From NCBI GenBank assembly GCA_010909165.1, contig MU008158.1, forward strand, positions 2,567,478 through 2,631,477: a DNA stretch of 64,000 nucleotides, given 5' to 3'. This DNA comes from Anthoceros angustus (taxonomy: Eukaryota > Plantae > Anthocerotophyta). Below, piece by piece: positions 37,270 to 50,620 of this stretch (positions are counted from its first letter, which is position 1; every line of letters starts with the position of its first letter). The notes below the pieces were generated by a model. The model was not told the DNA's origin. It made no database searches and was given only the letters and a program-made list of their open reading frames with translations. The position numbers were made by a program, and so were the translations under genes.

Positions 37270-40200
37270 GTCAACCCACACCCGGCTCAAGTGCCACCGC
37301 CAACCCCATGGTCTTCCGTGTAATTGCGCCCCGACCTTGTTCCTGTTCATTTTCAGTGCTGACGGAAAGCAATTCACGGCGGGAAATGGCCGTTGGTACC
37401 AAAAGGGTGCAGTTGCCTCGCTTTTCCATATCCGGCCATCGCAAACCAAGCAGTGATTGCGGTCAGGCTCAAAGTCCATCGACAAAAGTGCCCCTTGCGG
37501 GTTCCAGACAACACAACCTTTGAAACCACCATTGCCTCTAGAAACAGTCCGACCCAAGCCCGGCCTTTCAAGCGTTCCCGTACATGGAGTTCATACGGAT
37601 GGCTTCTGTCACCCGCGTCGCCATCACGACCTTTGAGACATAGAGCGGGAGGAGGAGAGTGGAGGAGCACGTCCTCGACTGAGGCAGCTGCCCAAACGCC
37701 CGGAGGGGAACTTGCCTGACCACCATTGGCACTGCTTCCGAGAAGTACACTTTGTCGGTGATGAAGGTGAACAAAGCGCGCCTATCGCCGAATGACATCT
37801 CTCGATTTCACGTAACATTTCTCTACACCGCGCAAGCAGCCTCGAATCTCACTCCGCCAGAACGCTGCCTCACTCGCATCCATGCGTGGCGTGAAGAACT
37901 TGGTGACACTCTCAAACGTGCACTCCCTAGGCACTCCAACATGGCCCTCTTGTCCAGCTGCACCACATGCCGAACCCCTCCCACCCATCCGCCAACGCAG
38001 TGTGCACTCGTGAATAAAAGCCGGTCCGCACCTTCTTCCGACGCGCCACACCCGCCCCCGTGACATGCGAGGGCTTCAGTCGGCCACATGCTTGAAAAAA
38101 CCGGAGCCCGCTCGCCATCGTAACGGCCGATGAAATCGCAGCCGCTTCCTCTTCGCCCGCCGAGCCCCGCTTCAGCTCTTGGAGGATGGCCATGAGTCAG
38201 GGTGGGTTGTCAACATATCCGCCTTTAAAAGCCCTCTTCAACGCCCCTCTGCGGCCGCATCCTTCCACTCCTTGTGCACGCCATCCTTTTGGCTCCCTAG
38301 TGCGCAGGCGCGAGTGGCAAATGTCCACTCACCTCAATGCCATTTGAAAGATGTAGAGCAGGTGGTCAAGAACATGGCTCAAGGAGGCATCTGCCGCCGC
38401 CGCCGCATTTGCATCAATTACAGCCAAATATCTTACCATGTGCGTCAGAGGGTCGATGCACTGCTCGATGTGGTAATGTGTAGCACCGCAACGAACGCTA
38501 TGCTCAACACGCCGCCCACAAATGACGCGACTGCACTGCTTCCAGTGCCTCGCCGATGCACCGTCGTAGGCCCGCTCAAGGCCCATCGCTCCAACCTCGT
38601 GGACTACATCACCGCCCTGCACTGGTGCAAGATCGCACTCTAAACGTGGGAAAGGTCCCTCCCGCCCGCGGAAATTGTCGCCAGTTGGCACTCCATGCCC
38701 GCCTCAACCTCGCAATCACCAAAGCCGCGTCCGAACCCCATCGCTGCCCCACCGCAATAATGGCATCTTCGCACTCACCGAGGGTTAGGATGTCCTCGAC
38801 CGCCGCCTCGCCCGCTCGGACGGCATACATGAGCCTTCTCATCAGAAACCGTGATCGCACAGGCGGCATCGTGCGCTCGCCGCCTCGAATGCCGTGGGCT
38901 CGCGCTGCCCTTTCTCCGCCGCCGCCTGAAGCGACCCAGCGGTGGCTGTGCGCCGGAGCATCTCCTCATCCATCGCGAACCTCGTTGGTGCTGCTCCGCT
39001 GTTCGCAACTCTTCCGCCGCATGGAGCGAAGGTCTAGCGGTCGCCCATGTCTCGAGAAGGCGCATCAGCCCGGCACTGGAGACGCGGGCGAAGAACCCCT
39101 CGATGGTGGCAAGTGTCGAACATTTCCAGCCCGGCCCATGCCTTGCACCATCTCGGATGCAAAGTAGCCTTCACGAAGTTGGTGCTCGCGCCTGTCCACG
39201 AGATGTTGCAGCCTTGCAAGCCGCCGATCTGCTTTCAGCCGCCATTGCCCTTCTCCGCAAGTGACCCAAAATTTCAAGAAAAGAAGCTCCTCGCCGATGG
39301 CTTGCCGACGCCTTCGCGCCGCACGCCGCCTTCCCACCCGCGGTGTGTGTGCCGAGCTCTTCCACAACTAAGAAGGTCCATTGCCGCCGAGAGCCTCTTC
39401 CCGCCTCCCGCCGAGACGCCCATCAACGCACGCAGCGCTGCCGCCGCCCGGGACGCGCCCGCCCACGGGCGCAGGCCTACCAACAGCTGTTGGCCGGCCG
39501 CTGCTGGCCTGGGGGAGAGGAACATTGTGCCTCCTCCCACATGTCCCGAGGGTCGGGCAGTGGAATGCGGTGCCTCAAGGTCGGGGATGCCGACCGACGG
39601 CGTTGTTGAACTCTCCTCCGTAGCGCCACCACCACCGGATGCCACCGCCCGCTATCCCTCCCATCCTCGACATCCACTTCTTCCTCCGAACCTGGGCGAC
39701 ACGCTGCCTCGCATCTCCGCAGAGGTGTAAATTGCGCTGCCCACGCCCTGTACAAAGATTTGATCACCAAGACTGTGACGCGGCGCCGGGGGGAAATTGA
39801 CAGAATGTCGGATACACCGGACTTGTGCGCGACGAACCGCGATGCGGACTACAGCAGCCCCCTGCATCGCCACCAAGCTTGTCGAATAGAGCTCGCACGC
39901 ATCAACAATGCAGACACACCGCCTTCGCGAATGCCGACGCCCACCGGCATGCCCATAAGCTCCACCGCGTGAGGTCGAGCGCGACACGAAGACAACCCGC
40001 CGCCTTCTCCATCTCCCAAGTCGACCTTGGGAAAGCCTTGTCCACGGTACTTGTATCCGGAGGTTTCAGGTGCCAACGCCCGCCTCAAGCACCGGTGCCC
40101 AGCTCTTTGCTTCTTCCGGGCCTATACCACCCGTGATTCCGCAGCGTGAATGGGATTGTCCCAACGGCGCCGCAGGAGGCGCCGCTCACCTGCCGCTGCC

Positions 40201-41450
40201 TCTCCTCCCACCACCGGGCGGAATGCGACGATCCTCCCACCCATTCTCCATATGTGGAAGGGCCGCCGACGCATTGAACCTCCGACATCCGACGATGGCA
40301 GCTAGTGCGGGCCGCGTCCGATCGGGCTTGAGGCCGGTCCCGCGCCTCGCGCACCAGACGCAACGCCCGCTGGGCGCGAACGGCGGCGGCGGCGCGCAGC
40401 CCGGCCACGGCCGATCCGTGGAGGGCAGTGATCGCGATCGAATGACCTTGCCGGGGTATATTCGCATTCCGGCGCTTTCCTTCGTGCGCTCGCAAGAACT
40501 GTGCCCACAATTTCTTCTTCGCTCACGCCCGAGCGGTTGAGAATGCTCACTTGTCTTCCGGACGCCATGCCATGGAGCTGCAAGATCCGTAGGCTCGATA
40601 CCTTATGTCCACACCGCCAACCAATGTGTGCGCCTTTGTGGGACGAGACGCCGCATGTGAAGGAGATCGGCGGCCAGATGTCTCGCAAGCATTGCGCGCG
40701 TGTTCGGCGGGGTTGCACCAAGGAAATCAAATCATTGTCCATAATCCTCCGTGACTCGACATACGATACCGGCATGTGCGGTACAACATTGAGTTACGAG
40801 GGGCCGGCCGCCATTGCCAAGTTTTGGCTCCCGCAAAGCGCGGCTTGCGGATTGCATCTATGTATTTCACACTCCACCACGCTGCACGCCATTTGCGCCC
40901 GATGCATGCCGCGCTGCTTACCCACACCCTCATGCCGCCGCACCGCCCACTCCCGCCCGGTTGTGCAGGACATGACGAGTGGATCGCGCTTGACTTCCCG
41001 CGCTAGCACCCGCCAAACATGCCAGTTGTAGTCACAGGGTCATGGTTCCTTGCCGCGTCACATGTGCGAAGATGCTGTACACAAATGTGTCCCAATAACA
41101 TATTGGGTCGGATATGTTCCGCAATAACATATTGGCCATAGTGCAAATGATGCGTATCATCGCTGGCCCGAGCATTGGTGTCCGGACCGCACACCAATAC
41201 CGACGCTCGAAGCAATTCATTGTGCCCCGGCTTATTCAAATGCCCTTCTCATCCGATGTATATGGCTTCATTGCAGGCATGCGCAGGTCAACCTGGCGAT
41301 GCATTTATATTCGTGAAAAGGCGCGCCATGGTCCGCAATCCGCTCATGAAGTCCATCCCATATTGCTTGCCATAAAATCCGTGACATGGCCCATATTGGC
41401 TCGCCAACGCAGCCCATCCGTCACTTCACATTTTTCGATGGCATGGTTGC
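37270..41450 (-). pseudogene. Degenerate unidentified ORF(s) inside the inverted-repeat element
   Basis: Protein-like fragments such as CDYNWHVWRVLAREVKRDPLVM, SYVESRRIMDNDLISLVQPRRTRAQCLRDIWPPISF and ESVTKFFTPRMDASEAAFWRSEIRGCL; no family recognised. Confidence 0.35.
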
Positions 41451-42269
41451 CTTGGCCCTTCCGCGCCTCATGGCTCGGAGATTTGTCCCGTCACTCCCAC
41501 ATCCGACCCCATCCCGAGCCGCTGTCCTCCCCGCCTTTCTCGCCTGGGCCCACGACACTGTCAGTAGTGTGCCCCGCCACGCCATCCGCCCCTGCCGCCA
41601 AGGTCAGGCCGCAAGCCACGCGAGCCCGCACCAAGATGCCCCACCCCGCCAAGGCCTGCACCAACCGCCCCCCAACCGCACCAACCACCTAACCGCCCAA
41701 CCCACCCACCCAAACAACCCGACCCTAACCAACAATGCCTAACTAATACCTACAATCTATACAAGGTAAAAATGCCTAACCAAATTTGAACCAAAATGCC
41801 TTACATTGGTGAAACCCAAAATGGCAATTGCGTGATAGACCAATGAGACCAACCAGAACATGGTCAAGGATTTGCATCCACCCCATATACTCGACACAAT
41901 GGCGTGCATTGAACACTCCATTGGTGACCAGCAACCGCGATGTTTGTTCACATGCAACACTATGCGCTAGACATTGAAATGATAAAAACGGAGGCATGGC
42001 AATTGGAGGCGGTGATGACGTGCACACCATGCGACGAGGTTGAATGTGCAATTGGACAGAGAACGACCTGCAATATAACACAATGCACTTGCGTCAAACG
42101 AGATGACGCAGGCTTGCTCCCAGCCCTCCTCGATTGACAATGACAATAATGCAGGAGGGTGCATATTCGTTATATGAACACATGTACAATGGTCCCTTAT
42201 GTCACCAAGACCAAGGAAAGCAAGGTATTTGACCGAGGCGCCACCGATCAAGTTGGTTGCCTAACGCCT

Positions 42270-44034
42270 CCCACTGGATCCCAAAGGTCACAGAGAAAGA
42301 AGACAAGTGCAGGGTCAAGTATGGATGCCTTTCCATGCGCATAAACATCTACAATCCAAGAATGAATGGGTAGGGGCCATATATAGACATGTTCGGTACC
42401 GTCGTCAAGACCAAGGAAACAAAGTTGAATCACTACCTCTCACCCACATATATATAGACATGTTCGGTACCGTCTGTCAAGACCAAGGAAACAGTTGAAT
42501 CACGTGGCACCTCACACCCGATGCTAGGAACTTTAGGTCTATGTATAATCCTACTTTTCCTTGGCCTTCGAACAAATGATATGTATGCACTAAACAACGT
42601 ACTCGCCCTTTTCCTTGGGTTATGTTGTTTAGGTATTCTGGATATATATATCCGCAGGCCTATATATGTGTCATGGTACCGTGCCTCACATGCATCACGA
42701 TGCACATAGATTCATGCATACATCATGTATACATGCCAACCATCCATCATGCATACATACCATGTGCATGCCATCCATGGGCAATGCACAGGCCACATCA
42801 CATGCACCCCTGCAGCCAAATCACATGGCATATGCCAAGTGGTATGCCAACAATGTTCCCTTATGTCGAAGACCAAGGAAACAGGTCAAAGCAAGGGTTT
42901 TGACCGAGGCTCCCACCGGACAATGCGGATCCCAAAGGTCACAAGAGAGAAAGAAGACAAGGTGCAGGGCCAAAGTATGGATGCCGTTCCACATCTACAA
43001 TCCAAGAATGAATGGGTAGGCAGGCCACATATATAGACATGTTTAGTGGTACCGTCTGTCGAAGACCAAGGAAACAGGTTGAATCACGTGCCACCTCACA
43101 CCCGATTGTGGACACTTTAGGTCTATATATAATCCTACTTGTCCTTGGCCTTCGAACAAATGATATTTATGCACTTAACAACGTACTCACGCTTTTCCTT
43201 GGGTTATGGTGTTTAGGTATTTTCTATATAGATGCGATGACCTATATATGTGTCATAGTACCGTGCCAAACATACATCACGATGCACATAGATGGATTGC
43301 ACCATGACACAGCATCTAGGTAGACATGTTCACGTGCATCACATGGCAACCATCCATCATGCATACATACCATGTGCATGCCATGTGCAACTTTTCCTTG
43401 AGTTATGGTGTTTAGGTATTCTGTATATAGATTCGCTGACCTATATATGTGTCATAGTACCGCGTCGAACATGACGATGCACATAGATGGATTCATGACA
43501 CAAAGATGTATGTAGACATGTTCACGTGCATCACATGGCAACTATCCATCATGCATACATACCATGTGCATGCCATGTGCACCTTTTCCTTGGATTATGG
43601 TGTTTAGGTATTCTGTATATAGATTCGCTGACCTATATATGTGTCATAGTACCGTGCCGAACATACATCACGATGCACATAGATGGATTGCGCCATGACA
43701 CAGCATGTATGTAGACATGTTCACGTGCATCACATGGCAACCATTCATCATGCATACATACCATGTGCATGCCATGTGCACCTTTTCCTTGGGTTATGGT
43801 GTTTAGGTATTCTGTATATAGATTCGCTGACCTATATATGTGTCATAGTACCGTGCCGAACATACGTCACGATGCACATAGATGGATTGCGCCATGACAC
43901 AACATGTTTGTAGACATGTTCACGTGCATCACATGGCAACCATCCATCATGCATACATACCATGTGCATGTCATGTGCACCTTTTCCTTGGGTTATGATT
44001 TTTAGGTATTCTGTATATAGATTTGCTGACCTAT
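42270..44034 (-). repeat. Right arm of the long inverted repeat with a ~199-bp tandem array
   Basis: Units starting TTTTCCTTG(G/A)GTTATG at ~43193, 43392, 43584, 43783 and 43982. The array is cut mid-unit at ~44034. Confidence 0.88.
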
Positions 44035-46371
44035 TTCCGGTGGGTATTTCCGGGGCAGCTAATCAAAACCACACCAGCCTGGACGCCAGCAAGATGGATT
44101 GGTTGCAAATGAAAATTGGGAGGTTGTGGATGACAGCCTCAAAGTGAAAGGGGTTTGGTACATTGAGTCACAGCTACTTCGCCGCCCACGCCACCAAAGG
44201 CAGGGATTAATGAAATTAGGCTGGAAGTGGGTGGCGATACCGCGTCGGCAAAATGCAAGCTCATTTGTTTATTTCCTAATACTCGTGCATTGGTTTCCAT
44301 GAAAAGAACGGCGGGCATACCCGCTGGCTCAAATGGTTGACACTCACCGGGTTTGTAACCCACAATTTCGGGTAAGGAAGGAGTGCGCATCCCAACATCT
44401 TGGCGGTGGGCGGAACCCCATTCCTCCACCGAATTTATGGAGTTGGGCGAAGGTGCAGTCTGCACCGCGCATGCTAGAGGGGTTGGGAACGGTTGAGGGA
44501 TGCATCCGACCGTTCAGATGCAAACTGCCGCCAATGATGGACCCGGCATATGGGGTGGGCTGTGAAATAGGGATTGCAGGTGTGCGAAATTGGGTTTGCG
44601 CGAAGCCGGTGCCACCATGCGGTTATCGTCAGCGGTCCCAACCTGCGGAGAAGGGATGGGAAGGACAGCGGGTCGGAAGGGAAAGGGGGCGACATTTACG
44701 TGCAAGGAAGGCGCGCCCGTGGCGGTAGGTGCAAAAGGGCAACGCGCCGACGCCTGCGTGCCGTGGAGGAGGATGAGGAACCCAAGATCGCGGGCGCGGC
44801 GAGCGAGGCGCCGCCTGTGGGTTGGTCTGCCGGCCGGGCGGTCGCGCTTGAAGAGTGGAAGCGCCGCCGAGTAGGTAGCCGTACCATGCGAGATGACCGC
44901 AAATCACGGTGACCGGATGCGCATGTTTGCAGGTCTGCTGGCGAGCACGGCCATGTGCGGAGGGGGGCGCGGGCAAGGGGCCGGCAGGAGGAATGGGAGA
45001 TGCAAAGCTCATGAGTACATTCCTCGCGATGGGCCTATGGTTCCCATCAACCACTGGATCGTCCGAGTTCTTGGCATTTGTGGAGGACCATCAAAGCGTG
45101 TCTCGACAGAGGGCTATCCAGAAACTTGTCTCTGACGCACTGCACCGAGGGACGGACCGGATGGAGTGGCGGTGGACAAATTATCGCGAGCGCTACCACC
45201 GGGTGGAGTGCCACATTTTCATGCACCAAGGCATGGCGCCGTGGATGGAAGAGGTACCGGAAAGGAGAGCCGCTAAACGTGGACGACCTTAGGATTTGGT
45301 TTTCCCAGTGCACGATCGAAAGTGCCACCTTGTGGAGAGGTGGCTGAGGTTATGAATTGGTCGTATGATGGAGAAATGGAATGGAATGAGAAGACGGGAG
45401 CGTTGTTCCAGGATATCAACCGGCAGACGGAGAACCATGTTATGGCGTACTTGGCAGGGATGCGAGTGCCAGGGGCGGTGGAAGCTGAACCAAGTGCCGG
45501 CTGTGAAGGCACAAAATTGTAATGGTGGTTGCGGTTGGGAATGGCGTGATGGTGCGGAGCAGAGGCTGATGCTGAACGGCCAACAGCAATTGCCGAGAAG
45601 CATAGATACCATAGGTTCCGTCATGCAGTGTTCATGTATTTGTTGGAACCTGCGAAGGACAGAATTCGATTGTCTCGCAAGGGTTGCGAGGGGCGGCGGG
45701 CTTCTGCAGATTGCAGCAGCACGGTGACGTCCAGTAGGTGCAACTACCGCTAAGTTGCGGATCGTTGTAAGGTGTGCAATGCGTGCGCGATGGCACATTC
45801 AATGTTTGCTGAAAATGCAGGGTGTGAAAACTGAGTAGCTGCAGGTAGCCTGCATGGCATCGCAATTGCACACGCATTGGGACGGAAGGGTGCGGTGACT
45901 CCACATGCTGGCATATGCCTGCAGCGTTTGCGGACAGAAGCGGAATGTGCGAATGGAGCAGGCGGCGTAAAGGCGGCCGTCAGTGGGGATCTCAGACGAT
46001 CCCGATGCCGTGCAAGTGGACCTATGATTCCGTGCACATTGAATGCCTGCCATGATGGTGCGTTCGAAACGGGGAGGCGATGGAGGATGAGGTGCGGCCG
46101 GCACGGGCGCGCAGAAAGGGAGCAATCGCGACGAAAGAGGGGAGAAGTGGGGGGACGCCATGGACAACCCGTAGCAGTCGTCCGAACGGAAGGTGGAGTG
46201 GAAGCCTGCTGGCCGCGGTGGCAGGATCAACCGATTGGCGCACCCACCTTGGGAGGGGGAGTTTTGGATGTTGATCTCTGTGGAGGTGCACCTAGAAGTG
46301 GAGACAGAGGTGGTCACCGTGCGCGATCCGGCCGGTCCGCCCATGAATTCTCAAACCTCATTGATTGTGGG

Positions 46372-49300
46372 TGGATTGCACATGCTTCCATTGCCCACGC
46401 CATGCTTGGGCACGGCTCAAGGAGCCGCCCACAACGAGCATGTGCACGAGGGGCTATGTGGCCTGCGTGGAAATGTAAGAATTGGCTGGCCGGGCGTCTC
46501 GTGGGAGCCTCACAAGGCTTGTGTGTGTGCAGTGAGTATGATCCATTCGAGTTGCGGCGCACGGCTGTGAGAGCGCGTGGGCGAGCCATCAAGCGCCGCA
46601 GGCGATCCGTGAGGCGGCGAGGTGGAGGGTCGTGCGCCCGGGCCGCACGACAGCGCAGTCGGCGAAGTGGAGGAAGGGGCGGCCGGGCAGCATGATGCAG
46701 CGGCCGGCGACGTGCAATGTTCGCGGCGAGGAGCTTGCAACCGCGGCGTGGGTGCCGGAGCGGCTGGCGCTGTGATCGCCCCGGCGGGAGCCGAACGCTG
46801 CTCCCCGCCGGAAGGCGCTCCATGCGAAAGAGGATTGCACATGCGGGGCGCAGAGGAGGCCGTGGAAGCGAGCGGTGGCTCGCGGCTCGGGCGACGGTGG
46901 AGCCGGTGGGAGTGGGAAAGCCCTGCAAATCCACTCCATCGGACTCCGCAGAGAGCGTACATGGCACACCGGGAGGCGAAATGTGTGGCACGATGCTAAA
47001 ATGGGAGAACAGACGGCGGGCGTTACCGAGAACGGCCGAGGCCGTGAGGCCGAGACCGTTTCTAGGCGCCCGACGCTGCCTCGGCAAGGGAGCGGCCGAG
47101 TCCGGGGCCGAGACGCACTCGACCGCATCGAGGCGGAGCCGAGGTCCGTGAACTTGTTTAGACCGGGGTGCCTATACCACCCGGCTTATATGTCATTTCT
47201 CTCTCTACAGAATTGCCCTTCACCATCAGATTATTTTGCTTTTTCAATCCTTTTACACAATAAAAGGATTATCGTAATAATTAGGCTCTAATCAAAATAG
47301 TTTTGGTTAAATCACATATTCTATTGGAGTAGATGGAGTGTAATATGGTTCTGTCGTGCCTCTTCGTAATAGTACTTTTGAGCTTGATTGTATGGTCCGG
47401 ATAAATGTATTATCATTTCAATATTTCATCCAAGCGAGAATATTTCGCAATTTAAACCATTGTCGAATTCATATATAAACTTATCTATTTTTTAACTTTA
47501 GTACTCACCTCAAAGAGTGAAAACAACTCGCTTTGATTCTCCGATAACTACAAACAAAAAGTAAAAGTAATTAGTCATTTACCTCCATTTCAATTCGGAG
47601 AAGATCTTTCTTTGCATATACCTTTTCGACAAGCGTTAAACACGTGTGAAGATTCCCCACACCGGAAATGTGATCGTATGTTCAAGAAACATAAACATTA
47701 GAATTTTTTGGAATGCAGATATTACCTTTCAAACGATGTACCTTTTGAATGTTTTAGTTGTCTCCGGTTCTTCCATGAGAGACAACAAGTCCGCTGCTTT
47801 CAACTCCTTATTTTCAATTGCGCCTATCTCTCGCATTCAATGCATGTAATTACATACATAGAATTATATGTAATGAAAATAATAGAAAAGAGAAGTTATC
47901 GCAGCTTACTTGCTTGGATTGCACAGTGGCGTTCTCCATTGCCCACCATGCCCGCGCTTTCGAAGGGCGTCTGACTCGCCGCCCTACAAAAGCGGCGAAT
48001 CGAGCAGGGCTATGTGGCCAGTGCGGAAATGGTAAGCGCGGCCGGCGTGCAGGAGCCTCACAAGGCTTGTGTGTGCGATGGTATGATCCATTCGAGTTTC
48101 TGGCGGCCGAGGAGGCGTGGGCGGTGGGCGCGTCGTCGCCGCGGCGATCGAGGCGGCGAGTGAGGGTGCGCGGGACGCCGCGCGGCAATGGCGATCGCGA
48201 AGTGGAGGAAGAAGGGCGGCGCCCATGATGCGGCAATGGCGGCGTCGGAATATTCGCGGTAAGCGAGGAGCTTGCATGGCGATGTGGTGCTCGGAGCGGC
48301 GATTTGGGCGCCTGTGATTCCCAGGAAGGAGCCTGCTGAGTCCTCGCCGGAAGGCGCTCCATGCGAAAGAGGATTGCAGGCACATGCGCGGACGGCGGGG
48401 GCGCAGAGGAGGCCGTGGAAGCGACGGTGGCTCGCGGAAGCTCGGGCGGCAGTGGAGCCGGTGGGAGTGGGAAAGCCCCGGCAAATCCACTCCACAGACT
48501 CCGCATGTGCGAGCGTACATGGCACGGCCGGGGCGAAATGTGTGCACGTACTAGTAAAATGTATTAGGGAAACGGGCGTGGGCGGAAGCAGTCGAGCCGT
48601 GAGGCGAGACCGTTCACGTGCGCCCGGCCAGCGTCCGTTCCAGCGTAAAGGCGGCCGTGCAGGGCGGGGCGCCTAGCCGGGCGGGGGCGGGAGTGAGCTG
48701 TTTAGGCGGGTGCCTATACCACCCGGCTTATATGTCATTTCTCTCTCTCTTACAATTACTTCCCTTCACAGTATCATTTTCGTTTTCAATCCTTTTACAC
48801 AATAAAAGGATTATCATCGTCCGTGTCTCTAATCAAAAGTTTTGGTTAAATCACACATATTCTATTGGAGTAGATGGAGTGTAATATGGTTCTCGTCCTC
48901 TCTTGAATAGTACTTTTGAGCTGCTGATTGTATGGTCCGGATAAATGTATTATCATTTCAATATTTCATCCAAGCGAGAATATTTCGCAATTTAAACCAT
49001 TGTCGAATTCATATATAAAACTTATCTATTTTTTAACTTTAGTACTCACCTCAAAGAGTGAAAACAACTCGTTTTGATTCTCGATAACTACAAACAAAAA
49101 GTAAAAGTAATTAGTCATTTACCTCCATTTCAATTCGGAGAAGATCTTTCTTTGCATATACCTTTTCGACAAGCGTTAAACACGTCGTGAAGATTCCACA
49201 TGAAATGTGATCGTATGTTAGAAACATAAACATTAGAATTTTTTGGAATGCAAGCGATATTACCTTTCAAACGATGTACCTTTTGAATGTTTTAGTTGTC

Positions 49301-49451
49301 TGGTTCTTCCATGAGAGACAACAAGTCTCGTTTTCAACTCCTTATTTTCAATTGCTGCTATCTATGCATTCAATGCATACGAATTACATTACATAGAATT
49401 ATAATGAAAATAATAGTGAAAGAGAAGTTATCGCGCTTACTTGCTTGGATT
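46372..49451. repeat. ~1.54 kb tandem duplication (46372-47914 / 47915-49445)
   Basis: Colinear copies with TGGATT at all three junctions (46372, 47915, 49446). Each copy spans a GC-rich to AT-rich transition. Confidence 0.9.
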
Positions 49452-50620
49452 TGTCTGTCGCTCGAATGTTGGGTTGGACCCATCTTCATTCAAGATGGGC
49501 AGTACTTGCTCTTTTAGACTATGCTCCCAAAGTGCGAATACTTATCTTTAAAGTCTTGAAAAGTGGTGGATATTGAAAATTGCTCATCCACTTTCCAAAC
49601 TCGTGAACTCAAGTGACGTAAGTTGGTCCATCCTCCTCGAAGTCATCAATTTTCTCTTTTTGCACGATCAAAACCAAAATCATTAATTTCTTAAACCAAA
49701 TCATATTAACATTATACATTTTGTATACACGATTGGAGATGGCTGCGTTGTCAATGTTGTTGTCAATCTTATCGACTTTGTCCTTTATGTTTTGCGGCGA
49801 CTTGTTTTCCAGATTACGTAATGCCATGTTATAGCAAAAAGCATGTGAAGCAAAGAAGGTATGAATGTAATTTAGATTACCTCGATGCTGGATTGAACTT
49901 TGATATCCCTCCAACATTGTTTGCATTGAAATCTGTCCATTAAACCTTTCCACAAGTGTGCGTTTCTCAATTGCATTGTTCAAGGTTCTTTTGATATCCT
50001 GAGAGATAAATTTAGGGTTAAGATTTTAGATTTGAGCATAATTAGATGAATTAAAGAAAAGTGCTTACCTTCTTTATCTTATTCAATGCGGCATCTCAAA
50101 GATGCTTGAGGTCTTGTTTGTCCATGAGAGAACATTGTGTGCTCGCGAGGCCACAGGTTTTGTTAGACTCGACCAAGAACATACATGACTAACGCAATCA
50201 TTTTCCGAATACCTTTTTCTACGATTTTCCTTATCTCCAGCGGTGGTGGTTCAAACTCTTGTCATATCCTCGGATCCCCATGGGTGGGAAGTAATTTGTC
50301 GAGTTGCGCTCACGGTGGCATCCATGTTCTCTGAGGGGTTGCAACAAGTATTAGTAAAAGTAAAAAAGTAAGTAAATATCAAAATCGAAAATATATATAG
50401 CAATCAAGTACCTTCTTGGATTTGAAAATCGTTATTGCTTCCGTTCTCGATTCCATCGATTCAAAAGGCCATTAGAATCGTGGAGACACAATCGTCTGAA
50501 CATGAAATCGCGTAAACAAAGACGGTTGAGCAAGGCAATTACTTACGTTCACGATCAACGCCTCGGTGCTTCACGCGAGCCAATTGTTTGTTCCTCGCAT
50601 CGTAATTAAAATGTTCGAGC
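47200..50620 (-). pseudogene. Degenerate intron-containing gene, possibly a Ulp1/SENP-like cysteine protease (3' part duplicated)
   Basis: Minus-strand GT-AG introns (e.g. GAAC|GTAAGT ~50546, GAAG|GTAAG ~50068), ORF 49609-49983, and DNGLNCEIFSL (47464-47432; 49004-48972) resembling the Ulp1 QxNGxDCGxF motif. The protease call is weak. Confidence 0.4.

Noticed and set aside
24061-37270. 5-bp target-site duplication around the large Gypsy
   Set aside because: The flanks are GCCCG and GGTCG (3/5 match), so it is not claimed as a TSD.
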